Assembly (NCBI GenBank): GCA_951406725.2
Contig: OX597817.1
Coordinates: forward strand, 131,750,001-131,814,000
Reading direction: 5' to 3'
DNA length: 64,000 nucleotides
From: Octopus vulgaris
Lineage: Eukaryota
Shown: one piece after another, positions 27,374 to 40,726 of the stretch
Layout: the number at the start of each line of letters is the position of its first letter
Position numbering within the stretch: position 1 is the first letter of the stretch
Program-made: the position numbers and the translations under genes
Notes under the pieces: model-generated
Seen by the model: only the letters and a program-made list of their open reading frames with translations
Told to the model about the DNA's origin: nothing
Database searches by the model: none

Positions 27374-28893
27374 GAAAGGATGAAAAGCAAAGTCAAAATC
27401 GCTGGAATTTGAATTCAGACTGTAAAGATGGATGATGTACTGCTAAGCATTTTTCCTGGCGTGCTAACAATTCTGCCAGTTCACCACCTTATCCTGTTTT
27501 ATAAAATGAAGCAAGAAAAAACAAAAAAGTCTCTGTAGAAATCTTCGAATATTCCCTCACCAAAATGCTCTTGATTCTATAAAATGCTCATGGGCGCCGG
27601 AATGGTTGCGTGGTAAGACGTTTGCTTCCGGGTTCAGTTCCACAGCGCAACACGTTTGGCGATGTGTTGCTTTTATTTTTGAGAGTTCGGTAAGAGACTA
27701 CTCAAGACTATTCTTAGTTCAACGCCTTTGAAGAATAAGGGATGATAGTTGTGCTGGTGCTTTGCTTTGTTGAGCATCTTGCGTGATGAATATCATAATA
27801 GTGGGCTCGTTTTGTGCAGAGCAGTCCCACCCTCTCGTCCTTCAAACATGTACAGGTTAAGAGCAACAAGTAGCACGAGACAAGCAGTTATCAGGGTGCA
27901 GAATTTTTATGGAGTTACGTTCTGTTTGATGAACAGCTAAAGAGCTGATGGGCGTTATCTGCCCCGGGTCCGTTGGGTGGGGTCGGTCTGTGTGTGATCT
28001 TCGGAAAGCTATTCCATAACCTGCTGGTTAACGCTTTGTTGGAACCTTGACAAGAGTTTCTCTTCCTGTTCAGAGTACATTAGGGACAATAGTTGCTAAG
28101 AGTCGGTTCCACACCCTTCAAAACACTGGGAACCCTGAACTAGGGCCCCACTAGCAGATGCTGTTTAAAGTCATACTCAATAAAATGAACCATTCAACTG
28201 TGGAGGTAACAAAGTAGAGGAGAGCCAAAAGAGAAACAAAGTGGATGAGTGTTTATACGTTTGCCGTAAAATTAAGAAAGCCAGTAATTTCGGAGGAAGG
28301 ATAATGTCGAATACATGGACCCTAGTACTCAACTGGTGCTTAATTCAACAACCATGAAAAGATGAAAAGTGAAGTCATCCTAGGTGGAAATTAAACTCAC
28401 ACATTAAAATTGATGAAATGCTACTAAGGGTTTTGCTGGCGATTCTATCATCTCCTCGACTTAGGAAGAGTGATAATGTTGGTTTCAAAAAGAGCGGCGA
28501 GCTGGCAGAAACATTAGAATGCCGGGCGAAATGCTTAGCGGTATTTTGTCTGCCGTTACGTTCTGAATTCAAATTCCACGGAGGTCGACGTAGCCTTTCA
28601 TCCATTCTGGGTTGATAATCTAAGTACCAGTTGCGTACTGGGGTGGATTTAATGGACTGGCCCTCTCCCCCAAACAAAATTTCGGGCCTTATGCCTAGAG
28701 TCTACTCAAAGATTATTTATTTCAAACTTTGGCACAAGGTCAGGAAGTTCAGGGAAGGAGGTAAGTCGATTAGCTCGACTCCAGTACTCAACTGGTACTT
28801 ATCTAACCAGACGCGAAATGATGAACAGCAATGTTGACCTCGGCGGAACATATAAACGGATGAAATGCCGCTGAACATTTCCCCCAGCACGTT
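27374..28893. mobile_element. cluster of family M SINEs: 27374-27490(-), 28262-28462(-), 28494-28700(+), 28718-28893(-)
   Basis: Each copy shows the head and/or the Meta-like domain. Orientations alternate. Confidence 0.75.
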
Positions 28894-29930
28894 AAAGGTA
28901 AAGGTGAATATAACGATAGCAAATGCACCCTTACTTGGATACATAACTGTCACATTTTGAATTGTAGGAAATTTCAAATCCAAGAACAAGAGGCTAGCAT
29001 CTGAACAAAAGAAATACTACAAACGCTTAAACCTGCAAGGTGCGAGCGCAAATGTTGATTGTGTTAGATTTCTGTAAAAGATATTACACATGATCAGCAG
29101 GTGTACAGATTTCATTATTGCTAAAACAACTAGCCATGCCGTTTCTATGGGAAACACCCTGGCGATAGATTAGAAGGAAAAAGAAATTATGTTAAACGTA
29201 TACCTGTATTTGAACACAAGTTTTCACGTCGAGAAACAAAAGAACAATTATTGAGAATAAATCCCGGTAGACATTTACATTTATTAAAAAATATATGACA
29301 ATTCAGCGAGATAGAATATTTAAGGACGATTGCTTCTGAGTATAAAAAGAGTAATATAACGCACATAGTCCTATCAATACGAGTGTGTGTGTGTATAATC
29401 TTAGGTCCTGGTAGTGTATAAAGGTGGGGGGGTTTCCAGAGAAGTACACAACCCGAATACTGGGCTATGAACATTGTCTTGTTCTAGACCAATGCCGAAA
29501 TTCTTCAAGTGTAGAAAATCCTGGTTTTACGACGGTACCACCGTTATGCAGATTTGGCGAAGAGCAAATTATAATCCAAATAATAAAACAAAAGAATTTT
29601 AAACACATCTTTAATATATTCATTACGATTGCTTCTGCATCAACTCTGCTTGCAATACCAGCTTATGCACAAACGCGAAGTAAAAGTTCTACGTAATGGT
29701 TGCGGTTTTAGACATCAGAATGACACTTCAGACTTGCATCGAAAGGTACTATGCGTCTTCCAGGCATTGTTTTTTTTTTGGCTTATATCGGGGGTGGGCG
29801 GTGGGGACAAAAAATAGATAAAAGTGTGGTTAGAAGATGTGTGAATTAGCAGAGAGATGATGTGGAGAGGACAAAGAGGAAGAATACGAAGAAGAGAAAA
29901 AATAGAGATTGTGTGTATGTCAGGATATTC

Positions 29931-30329
29931 GTTTATTCTTTTACTGGTTTCAGTCATTTGACTGCGGCTATGCTGGAGCACCGCCTTTAGTCGAGCAAAT
30001 CGACCCCAGGACTTATTCTATCGATCTCTTTTGCCTAACCATTAAGTTACGGGGACGAAAATACAACAGCTTCGGTTGTCAAGCGATGGTGAGGGAACAA
30101 ACACAAACACACAAGCATACGCACACACACACACACACACACTCACACATACACACAAACATATACGACGGGCTCCTTTCAGTTTCCGTCTACCAAATCC
30201 ACTCACAAGGCTTTGGTCGGCCCGAGGCTATAGTAGACGACACCGGTCCAAGGTGTCACGCAGTGGGACTGAGCCCGGCACCATGTGGTTGGTAAGCAAG
30301 CTACTTATCACACAGTCACTCCTGCGCCT
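29931..30329 (-). mobile_element. full-length family B bipartite SINE
   Basis: Minus strand: AGGCGCAGGAGTGACTGTGTGATAAGTAGCTTGCTTACCAACCACATGG head, internal (TG)n, tail ending GACTGAAACCAGTAAAAGAATAAA. Confidence 0.9.
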
Positions 30330-30539
30330 ATATAGTATGTATGTATAATTTTTGTTAGAGTTTTATTTAAGTTCTCCTTAAAAGGGTTCAAACCAGCCCC
30401 TAACACTGCAACAAGCCCTTTTAAGTTAAGAGCGTTCCCTGTGTTCGTAAATATGTGGTTGAGCTGGTGTGTTGGTTGAACTGTCGATACAAACACCGAA
30501 GTCTATGCATCTCTTCACATAAGATTCTCACATGGAGAA

Positions 30540-31036
30540 TTTTTGGAACGTCTCACAAATCTCCGCTAGGCCACTAACAGATTGCATTTGGTGAGTCAGC
30601 ATCAGTTTGTTTTGCTTTTGCACCGTGAAACCGAATATTGCTAGGTTTTTGTGTTAATTTGTTGGTACAGAACCTAATGCACCTTTGATGATAGTCACAA
30701 ATGAGTCAGGCTACAAGAGCTGTAATTACCGCATTGATTCACCGTAGATGCTCTCACTTTCCTGGATTTTGAGTGTACATTCATATCTACTGGGCAGCTG
30801 ACCTCTACAACTACGCATGACAATTTTCCCGTTTCACAGATCAATATTAGGTCCGTTATGTTTGTTTCGTTATGATGCTTTTATTAGGGTGTTCCACTAT
30901 TATTCCTTGTTTATAAAGGTCTAAATACCTGCTGGTTCTGACAGGACTTTGATGTATATGTCAAGGCAGTCCTTCTTGCGGATAGCATCGTAAATAATCT
31001 TTACATCTATATCAGGTTTCAGGGGCAAGTAGTATG
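30540..31036 (-). pseudogene. RLE-type non-LTR retrotransposon C-terminal remnant (R4/NeSL-like)
   Basis: Minus strand: YYLPLKPDIDVKIIYDAIRKKDC, WNTLIK, SCVVVEVSCPVDMN, KIQESESIYGE, IIKGALGSVPTNL. Confidence 0.7.
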
Positions 31037-31494
31037 ATTGATTGATTGATTCTAGTTTCAGCTCATGAGCTGTGGCCATGCTGGGGCACTGCCATTTATA
31101 TCTCGCACATCCATATGAAATTAAGTGTATCTGATTAAGTAGATGTGATTGTGCTCCGTATAAATCTTGTGCTATATATTTGTTATATATTTTAATATTT
31201 ATCCATTATCTAAAGTGCCTATTATTCGTGAATTTGTATTAAACATTTACAAATTAAACTTTACAAATGATTCTTGACAAATATCTTATTTTTCTTCTTT
31301 TACTCCATTTTTCGTTCTTGTATTGTAAAATTCTTACAGGATATATTATTTTCTACAATCATTTATAAAGCACTTATCAATTATTCGGCTTGTTTTCCGA
31401 GTTAACTTCTCGTTATTTATTTTCAAGAATATCGTAATATATTTAATATAATAGTTTAGATGATATTTTAAGAATATAATATCGCTAATCGCTG

Positions 31495-31652
31495 ACATGG
31501 CTGTGTGGTAAGATGTATGCTTCCCAAAAATATAATTCTAGATTCAATCCCTAATGCGTAGCACATTGAGCAAGTATCTTCTACTATAGCTTCGGCCCAA
31601 CCACAAAGCCTTGTAAGAGGATTTGGTAAACGGAAATGAAAAAAAGCTGTAT
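31495..31652 (+). mobile_element. family B SINE head
   Basis: CATGGCTGTGTGGTAAG...TCTTCTACTATAGC...GGATTTGGTAAACGGAAA. Confidence 0.75.
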
Positions 31653-31739
31653 AAATACACACGCACACACACGCGCGAGCGCATATACATAATACATACA
31701 TACATACATACATACATACACACACACACATATATATAT

Positions 31740-32077
31740 GTGTGTAGCTTCTAGGATCTCGGGCATCCTCCACCCGATTGCGCTCAAATTTGATATGTAT
31801 ATACCGACAGTATCAGGGCGTGTATAAGTCTTGAAAAAAATTACAAAAATCGATTCCAGGTGAGAATGCGATCGATAAAGCCGTGGGAAATCGTTTTTCT
31901 TTGAAATAGAAAAAAAGTCTATCTTTATTTCTTATCTTGCTGGTGTCTCAAATTTAGGTTAAATCAGTGTTTCTCAAAAGGGAGGCCTATGGGACAGTCG
32001 GACAAGTTGTTTTGAAAAAAATTGGTTTAAATGTTTGACAACTCAGCACTGTCCATTGGGCAGGGGCGTTTTGCTCG
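31740..32077 (+). mobile_element. Helitron-like non-autonomous element (decayed)
   Basis: Follows a microsatellite. Has CCGATTGCGCTCAAATTTG near its 5' end and GGGCAGGGGCGTTTTGCTCG|T (CTAG-like) at its 3' end. Confidence 0.4.
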
Positions 32078-32296
32078 TATATATATACAAAGAAATGCGT
32101 TTATATATTTGTATATATATACATATAATAAATCTCTGAGAGAGTTATAAGCCGTAGCTGCACGACATCGTGAAGTATATTTGCCACCTAAATGTGACTA
32201 AGCCTTTTTCGAGATCAATGATCTTTCGTCACTGGAAAAAGTATATATATATATATTTGCATTGAGAACAACTTCCCATTGCCAACCGGTGGTTGT

Positions 32297-32341
32297 CATG
32301 CGCTGATGACGGGTCAATACCCAGACACTCGGGTCCGTGTG
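32297..32341 (+). ncRNA. type-I hammerhead-like motif inside an inverted-repeat-bounded element (IRs about 32167-32213 and 32462-32511)
   Basis: catgcg-CTGATGA-C-GGGT caat ACCC-A-GACAC-TCGG-GT-C-cgtgtg: 6-bp stem I with G:U pairs, GUC triplet, one core substitution (GAAA to GACA). Confidence 0.65.
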
Positions 32342-32514
32342 TATCATGTCAGGCGGGAGATGGGAACGATGACTTCCCTTTGCAAATACTGATAGGGCAC
32401 AGATAATGTGTCAATAGCCAGCTCGAGGAGATGTCTTCCTGGGTCTAGAAGCTACAGTAGCCTCAACCCATAAGGGTTAGAGACATGTAAGTGGAAAATA
32501 TACTTCACGATATA

Positions 32515-32592
<78 letters not shown>

Positions 32593-33052
32593 AGTGTGTT
32601 TGCGTATATAGATGTGTGCGTGTGTGCGTGCATGCGAGTACTGCGTATATAGACGTATCTTACACAGTGTCTTTACACATTTTCCTGTTTTTTGCTCTTA
32701 GCCCTGTTTTTTCTTGTGCTTGTGCGTATATAGACATGTGTATGAACCTTTATGGTGCGCGTGCGTGTGTGTGGGCTTTTATGTATATACCTATACATTT
32801 GCTGAAGGATGAGAGTGAGGATGTGTACATTTTCAAGCGAGGGTGGATGAATGTATACTTTTAGGTGGATGCACGTATGTATTCTGGCGCGCATGTGTAG
32901 GTATGAACAGGCGCGCTTACGCGAATACTATGAACAATTTACCCCCTTACTTAGCGGTCATTCGAATAGCTCTTTTGTCTTAATAACGGTCAATCACAAA
33001 ATAATTTCCCTTTGTATAACAGTAATTTTTCATAGCATTTTTCCGATGGCCG

Positions 33053-33113
33053 GATAACTGAAGAGATGCCAGCGTGGATTTCCATCTCGGCATCCGAAAC
33101 TCGGAGTTTTATC
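33053..33113 (+). ncRNA. type-I hammerhead-like motif
   Basis: gataa-CTGAAGA-GATGCC(18 nt)GGCATC-c-GAAA-CTC g GAG-TT-ttatc: canonical core, 5-bp stem I, 6-bp stem II, GUU triplet. The element runs to (TA)n at about 33218. Confidence 0.75.
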
Positions 33114-33249
33114 ATAGCTACCGAATAATTGTGACATATGTCCTTTACAGATAAATTCCTCTATTTACATAATATCGAGGTCTCTTTCTATCTTTTGTTG
33201 CCTTACCATTTTTATTAATATATATATATATATATAATATATGTATATA

Positions 33250-33338
<89 letters not shown>

Positions 33339-33431
33339 TATATATGATGGTGTATCTTTGTTACTGTGTTGTCCCCCACCAATTAAGTATTAACTTTATG
33401 TCATGACTCAATTTGTTTCTCAATAGACGTA

Positions 33432-33667
33432 CAGTAATCCCCCGACTATCGCGGTTTTTACGTTCCAAAACCTCCCACAGAAATAATTCAAATCTAAAAA
33501 AATATAAATACCTATCTGCCCCAGAAATCCGTGATATACTGAGGCGCCCGCGATATAACTTTACAAATATTAGCCAGAAAAGTCTGCTATGTACTGACTG
33601 CGCGATAGGTGAATCACGATGTACTGTGTGTGTGATAGGTGAACCGCGATATAGCGAAGAATTAATG
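33432..33667 (+). mobile_element. Tigger/pogo-like MITE (TA|CAGT... TIR) with 2 copies of a 30-bp unit
   Basis: TA-CAGTAATCCCCCGACTATCGCGG...CCGCGATATAGCGAAGAATTAATG-TA. Homologous to 41230-41616. Confidence 0.8.
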
Positions 33668-33857
33668 TAGTGGCAAATAAATCTATCTTTTTTCTTGCTC
33701 CAGTCATTAGCCTGCAGCTATGCTGAAGCACCCCCTTCAAGAACTTTTAGCCGAGTAAATGTAAACACAACAACACCGGTTGTCAAGTGGTGTTTGCGTG
33801 GTGGGGAAACTGATACGAATGCATCCCCATATATATATATATATTATTATTATTATT

Positions 33858-34230
33858 ATTATTATATTTCGGAATGGTCATTTTGCCAGTTTAGCCAATA
33901 AAAAACACACGCACTATATATTTGGTGTTACTTTGCTTCAGTGTTATTTATTTTTTACATTAATCTTAATCTTATTTCGTACTGTAATCCCTCGACTATC
34001 GGGGTTTTTACGTTCCAAAACCTCCCACAGAAATAATTCAAATCTAAAAAAATATAAATACCTATCTGCCGCAGAAATCCGTGATATACTGAGGCGCCCG
34101 CGATATATAGACTGTACGTCTATTGAGAAACAAATTGAGTCATAACACTGAAGCAAAGTAACACCAAACATATAGTGCGCGTGTTTTTATTGGCTAAACT
34201 GGCAAAATGACCATTCCGAAATATAATAAT
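33858..34230. repeat. 89-bp inverted repeat enclosing copies of neighbouring DNA
   Basis: Arms are 33858-33947 and 34142-34230. The interior is a direct copy of about 33428-33556 plus an inverted copy of 33403-33435. Confidence 0.9.
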
Positions 34231-34309
34231 ATCTGTTTCAACACACGACTTCACATAAAAAATCTTACACAACAAATATATACACGTATATATATATATA
34301 TATATATAT

Positions 34310-34520
34310 GTGTGACCCCGTGAGTACCGCTGGCGATTTTTTTCCTCTGTCTTCCCTTCTCGGGATTTTCCTTCTCCTATGTTTCCAACGAAGAGCTCCG
34401 CTCGAAACGTTAAACCCTCCTTCTTCCCTTCTTTCTCAGCGTCCAATAACACTTTATTTGTTCCACGTCCTCGCGTTATTGTGTTTTTTTTGGGTTTTTT
34501 TTGTGTTTTCTTGTTTGGAT

Positions 34521-34525
<5 letters not shown>
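34310..34525 (+). mobile_element. short hammerhead-bearing element family HH-B (inverse copy at about 37135-37330)
   Basis: 34381-34415 reads gttt-CCAACGA-A-GAGC tcc GCTC-GAAAC-GT-T-aaac. The minus copy at 37254-37220 reads gttt-CTAACGA-A-GAGC ttt GCTC-GAAACGT-T-aaac. Both lie next to (TA)n. Confidence 0.7.
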
Positions 34526-34594
<69 letters not shown>

Positions 34595-35096
34595 CTACGG
34601 AATTCAGTTTACATCTGCCAAATCCACTCACAAGGCTTTATTGTAGTAGAAGACAGTTGGCCAAGGTGCCATGCAGCGGGACTGAACTCAGAATCATGTG
34701 GTTGGGAAGCAAGCTACCTATCACACATGCACGTTTGTTAACCTTCCTGAAATACAATAAAATAAATCACAAGTTGTGATGTTTTCTCTCCGCCTCCATT
34801 TTCTACGACGCCTGATGAAATATTCATGGGCGCATCCCTATTCACTCCCTGATCAAATCATAACAACAAATGGATCCTTACTTAATCGATATTGCGTCAC
34901 CATTGATTAATGATGCAACGTTTAAATGTTCCCCTTGATTATTTTGACGAAGACAAAAGCATGAGAATATCCATTTATGCAATGATGAGGGCTGTTGAGT
35001 GAGTGATGCGATGCTTATTTGCATTATTCTCTGTCTCAGCTTCGTATCCCAAGCGTGAGGTCAAGAGTAAACATGGCTACATCCACCTGATTACGT

Positions 35097-35410
35097 GATT
35101 AGCTTGAAAGAATGAAAAAACTGGCGTTCTCTCTGTTGCGACTACAAGTGTTCCAGATGATTCGATCAACGGAACAATCAGGACATGAAATTAAACGTGC
35201 AACTGCCTGAACACCCCCACAGCCACGCGTGCCCTTAATGTGGTTTTCAGGGAGATTTAACAGGACATAGAATGTAACAAGGCCGGCTTTTTGAATCACA
35301 GGTACTTAATTTTATCAGCTGAGTGGACTGGAGCAATGTGAAATGAAATGTCTTGCTCAAGGACACAATAATCTTGAGCCGAATACCCAACCACTTAGCC
35401 ACGCGCTTTC
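35097..35410 (-). mobile_element. tRNA-SINE related to head B + tail X
   Basis: CAGCTGAGTGGACTGGAGCAATGTGAAAT and GTGCCCTTAATGTGGTTTTCAGGGAG are reverse complements of segments of 43680-44003. Confidence 0.65.
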
Positions 35411-35544
35411 ATTACCCGCCTGAAATATCTAAAGAGCGTCCTCATCCTTCAAGAAATAAAAAGCAAGTCGTTCCTATACCGCATTGTGCTTTTTTAAAAT
35501 GGAGAAAGACAGCTGGGTTGATGTTATTTTAAGAAGATATAATT

Positions 35545-35756
35545 ATTTCTATTATAGGCACAAAGCTTGAAGTTTTGGGGGAGGGGATGAGTCGATTACA
35601 TCGACCCCAGAATTTCACTGGTACTTAATTTATCGACCCAGAAAAGATGAAAGACAAAGTCGACCTCGGCGGAATTTGAACTCGGAACGTAGCGACGGGC
35701 GAAATACTGCTGAGCATTTCGTCCAGCGTGCTAATGACTCTGCTAACTCACCGCCT
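35545..35756 (-). mobile_element. family M SINE, full length
   Basis: Complete reverse complement of head, Meta-like domain and tail. Confidence 0.88.
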
Positions 35757-36745
35757 GTACGTACTTTGATCGTAAAAAACCTCGATCCGGTTTGATCTGG
35801 GATTAAAGAAAAAAACTCTCGAAAAGAAATCCGTCTTATGAAAAAACAATAAAATAATCGTAGATAAAAAAATTCAATTGCATAATATTTACTTGACTGG
35901 GGTTTATTTGGGGTAAAAAGATAAATAACAACAAAAATCAAACAGGAAAAATCCATTGAACAACCTTGCTGTAGATAAATACTACATGATGGTCATATTG
36001 GAACTCCTTAGGCTATATTTACGCTTGATCTGAGCAGACTTCGCGATAAACAAGAATAACACCAAAGATAACTTGATCAACATCTAAACTATAGTCATAT
36101 AATGGCGACATGTTATTCCTATTTGAAGCCGTTCCACGAACGCCAGCAAGACTCCTGCCAAATATACGACCGTCGTTTATTAGCATTTATTCCTCTTCCT
36201 TGAGATTATAAAGCTTTTCTATTTAATTATAAAGCAAGGAGAAGGACCTAAAATTGAATAAGTGAAGTAAGTGCTATAAAGATATCACTCCTCCATCTCT
36301 CCGCTTTTATTTACTTTCCTCTCTTTCTGAATCTCTCGCTTCTCTCTCTCTCTCTCTCTCTCACTTCTCTCTCTCTCTCTCACTCTCTCTCCCTCGTGAG
36401 GTGTTACTTATACAAATGTCTGTTTCAACAAAAGTCATACAACTTTGTAATACCAGTGAAAACATCTTCAGAAGGTTAGCCAAACGCTTGTTAAAGAAAT
36501 AAAGAAATTTGCTTAAAGAAATAACGTGAGGTTGTGACATTCATGTGTTTGTCCTGATGTAAGTTAATTTATACTAGTCTGGATTTTTTTTTACTTATTT
36601 CAGTCATTGGACAGCGGTCTTGCTGAGACTCCGCTTAAGGCGGTATCTAGAGAAGTACAGGGATCCATTCTCTGTAGCTGCCTCCTGGTAACATTTTTCT
36701 GGGCTGTTTCAATGCTATTCCGCGTTCAAAATTTACTTTAAAGAT

Positions 36746-36844
<99 letters not shown>

Positions 36845-37356
36845 GGTACATACGCCTCGAAGGGAAGACCTTACCTGTCACTGTGGTTTTGTGGCACAAG
36901 CAAAGCAGGCCTTGTCGTCCACTCAGGAAAACACATAATAAATGACCCACAAGCACTTGAACAAACTGAATCCTCAATTTCTTCCATTTGCAAGGCAGCA
37001 GCAAACCTCAAGAGATACATTCGGGTCCATAGAACATGTTTACCATTTTATTTTACTTACCCCTCGTTTGTGTTCACGACGAGAGAAAAAAATGTGTGTA
37101 GTGGCTAAGCTCCCTCCCAAAAAGAAACCTAAGAAAAAGCACACGAAAAAAGAAACAACAACGCGAGGACGTGGTACATGTAAAGTATTAGCAGACTCTC
37201 AGGGAAGGAAAGCAAGGTGGTTTAACGTTTCGAGCAAAGCTCTTCGTTAGAAACAGGAGATAGAGTAAAGTCCAAGAGAAAAGGAAGACGGAGGCCAAAA
37301 AATCGCCAATGATCCACACGTGGTTACATTTCGAAACGTATACATACATACATACA

Positions 37357-37399
<43 letters not shown>

Positions 37400-37419
37400 G
37401 CATATATATATATGTGTAT

Positions 37420-37462
<43 letters not shown>

Positions 37463-38006
37463 ACGGAATTATTTCAGTTTCTGTCTATCAAATCGCAAAT
37501 TCTTTCATATGGCATTGGTCGACTGGGAGCTATAACAGATGACATTTGATAATGGTGGCACGTAGTGGGACTGAACCCAGAACAATGTGGTTATGAACTA
37601 AACTTCTTTCCACGTTTGCGCTTATGATTTTCATCGTCAAGAAATAACTCGCAAGGCTGGAAAAGAATTTGATGACCACGACTGACTGTTTCTTGAAAAA
37701 AATCACACGAAGAAAATATCAAATGATATGCTGCTTAGTTTCAATTTCCATTTGTAATTGATACATTTTAAGAGTTTAAATCTTTACAAAATACTTTTGT
37801 TTAAATTAATGCTGTAAAAACTTAATCAAAACTGACGTTGTAATTGTAATTATTGTGTGCTAATTATCCCTATAGAAATTATTGTCAATATCTAGCAGAA
37901 TTCAAAATGAAGAATCTTTGCTGCATATGTCAAGGACAAAAAACAAAATAAAAACAAAAGAAAATAAGTGATTTTATGGCTGTTATCATTAACTTAACAA
38001 CAATAT

Positions 38007-38700
38007 CGTGACGTGCTGGGAAAATCGTTAGTGAAACGAACAAAATGCGTAGCGATATATTTTCCGGTACTTTACTGTCTGAGTTCAAAATCCGCAGCGG
38101 TCGACTTTGCCTTTTGGGTTCGATAAAACAGGCACCAGTTATACACCGGGGTTGACGTAATCGACATATAGCTGGGCCTGCGCCCAAATTAGTGAGCTTA
38201 AAATATTCGAAATGATTGGCTAAATACTATAAAGTCAAAGGCGCTTCTGATCAAGACACCATATTGGTTTCAAACTATGGCACAAGGCCAGCAATTTCAT
38301 AGTAATTTTCGGGTATAGGTAAGTCAATTAAATGCACTGCAGTGCTCAACTGATACTTTATCGAACCCGGAAAGATAAAAGGCAAATTCAACTACAGTGA
38401 AATTTGAGTACAGAACGTAAAGACGAACGAATCGTCGCTAAGCATCTTACTCGGCATTCTAAAGATTCTGCCAGCACACCTTAACAAAAGTTTTGGCACA
38501 AGGCCAGCAAGTTCAGGGGAGAGGGTAAGCCGAGTACATCGAACCCAGTACACAAATGGCACTTATTTTATCGACCTGCGAAAGAATGAAAGGATGAAAA
38601 GCCGACCTTGGCGGAATTTGAGTTCTGAAAGTAAAAAATGGAGAAGATGGCACTAAGCGTTTTGCTCGGCCTGCGAGAGATTCTGTCAGCTGGCCGCCTT
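38007..38700. mobile_element. three family M SINEs: 38007-38195(+), 38265-38482(-), 38490-38700(-)
   Basis: Head and Meta-like motifs are present in each. Confidence 0.75.
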
Positions 38701-39893
38701 ATAGTTGTGAAATATTAAAGCTCTGCGTTGGAACTACAGAAAATCAATCTGGCGCATGCTATCAGAAAATTGTTACCTTGGTCTAAATCAACAGGTGATC
38801 AGCCTTTATCTGATGACCTCTGTTGTGCAAATCGATGCAGCACACTAAGAATGTTTCACTTCAGTTTAATTCATTGAGACAGGAGGAAAATGAAGAGAAT
38901 GTCTAATCAGCTATAGTGCTTCTTCTTAGCAAATTAGTTTTCTTATGCTATCTGAAGGTATGGAAATTATATTTCATTTCAAACCGTTCCGACATATACG
39001 TGCTGGCATTATTTATCGATTTGTTTTCAATTAAATTCAATTGCAGCTTAACGAAATAATTTCGTTACTGTATTCCAAGTGTTCTCATGGGCAAATGCAT
39101 TAAGATGCAACCAAATGAACATGTATGCTCATTAGAAACGATTGAGAAGATTAAGAAAATTAATCCGCTTTCCAAATCAAATAAATATGGATTAATACTT
39201 ATTATTTTGACAGTTGGATAACAACTGGAAGGGCATAATTATAACAATGGGCCAACGAGTTCAACAAATACAACTACAACATCAACGATGGTAATAACAA
39301 ATATATGTTTATTTAAGTCATAAGAAACTTCGAGAGAACGTGAATAATTCGTCTTTAATATTTACAGATGTATTTAGCTTCGTTCTCACAGGCAGTCTTC
39401 GATCTTCCCTATACAAAGGCTTTTTCTAACCCAATGTTTGCATGCTATTACTTATATCTTTATCTACTTCGAGTTGAGCCATTAAAAACGAAATTTAGCT
39501 GCTTATATTATTATTAAAATTATATATTCATCATTTTTACTTCTCAACGTGTTTAAGACTGAATCATCCAATAAGAACTTCCTTCAATTTAAAACTAACT
39601 GTCGTGGTTTGAGGGTGATGTGACTGTAATTCCCGACACGTTTTGTTAGAGGCTAGTTGAAACCTGTTCATTGTTCAGAATAAGGAAAGATCTTGCTGAA
39701 GGTGTGTCTATTGTATCATTATGAAAGTTGTTTAATAAACGAGGTTAAAGCAAATATTACGGCCATAGAAGTACGATCCTGTCCGTTCTTGTTCGTACGT
39801 CATATTTGATTTCAGAGCACCTAATCTTATACACATATATATTTATTCATTGTCACCCATACATGTCCACCCACACGCACATATATGAGCGTG

Positions 39894-39952
<59 letters not shown>

Positions 39953-40043
39953 CATACATACATATATATATATATATACATACATACATATATATATATA
40001 CATACATACATATATATATGCATACATACATATATATATATAT

Positions 40044-40099
<56 letters not shown>

Positions 40100-40481
40100 G
40101 TATATGTATATGCAAAATGAATTGTTTGCTTTCTAGTCGAGATGCATAGCAAACAGTATAACACAAAACTGAAGGTTTACTTAGAAGTGTTGGCAGAGTC
40201 CATGTTTATTAAATATTTACATGCAAGAGGTTGACAGTGACATCGAAGTTTTACACTACTTGCCCTCGTCAGTCAGTCAAACGTTTATTAACTTGTCAAA
40301 TATGTATATGCATATATGAAAGGACCACTGCTGTTCTGGTAGAATTTTATCGACATATTCACAGATTACAACTTAATATATAATCTACCCCCGTCAATAG
40401 AATTTAAAACTTATATCAAACAGGCGGGATAATACATCGATCTCACACAGGCTTCCGAGAAACTCTCTCTCTCTTTCTTTC

Positions 40482-40635
<154 letters not shown>

Positions 40636-40726
40636 GTTGGAATTTATAAAGAAATAAAAGACGAAAACAAGTCTATAAACAACAAACACAGGTGTGTTAG
40701 TTTAACGCTCGGGAAGGTGAGAAAGT

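Noticed and set aside
36845-36940. DLTCHCGFVA..KAGL..H zinc-finger-like peptide
   Set aside because: Too short and frameshifted. Probably a LINE C-terminal scrap, not a host gene.
34810-38820. Isolated CTGATGA heptamers (about 34812 and 38810; also 3277)
   Set aside because: No downstream stem II-GAAA-stem III arrangement. Consistent with chance.
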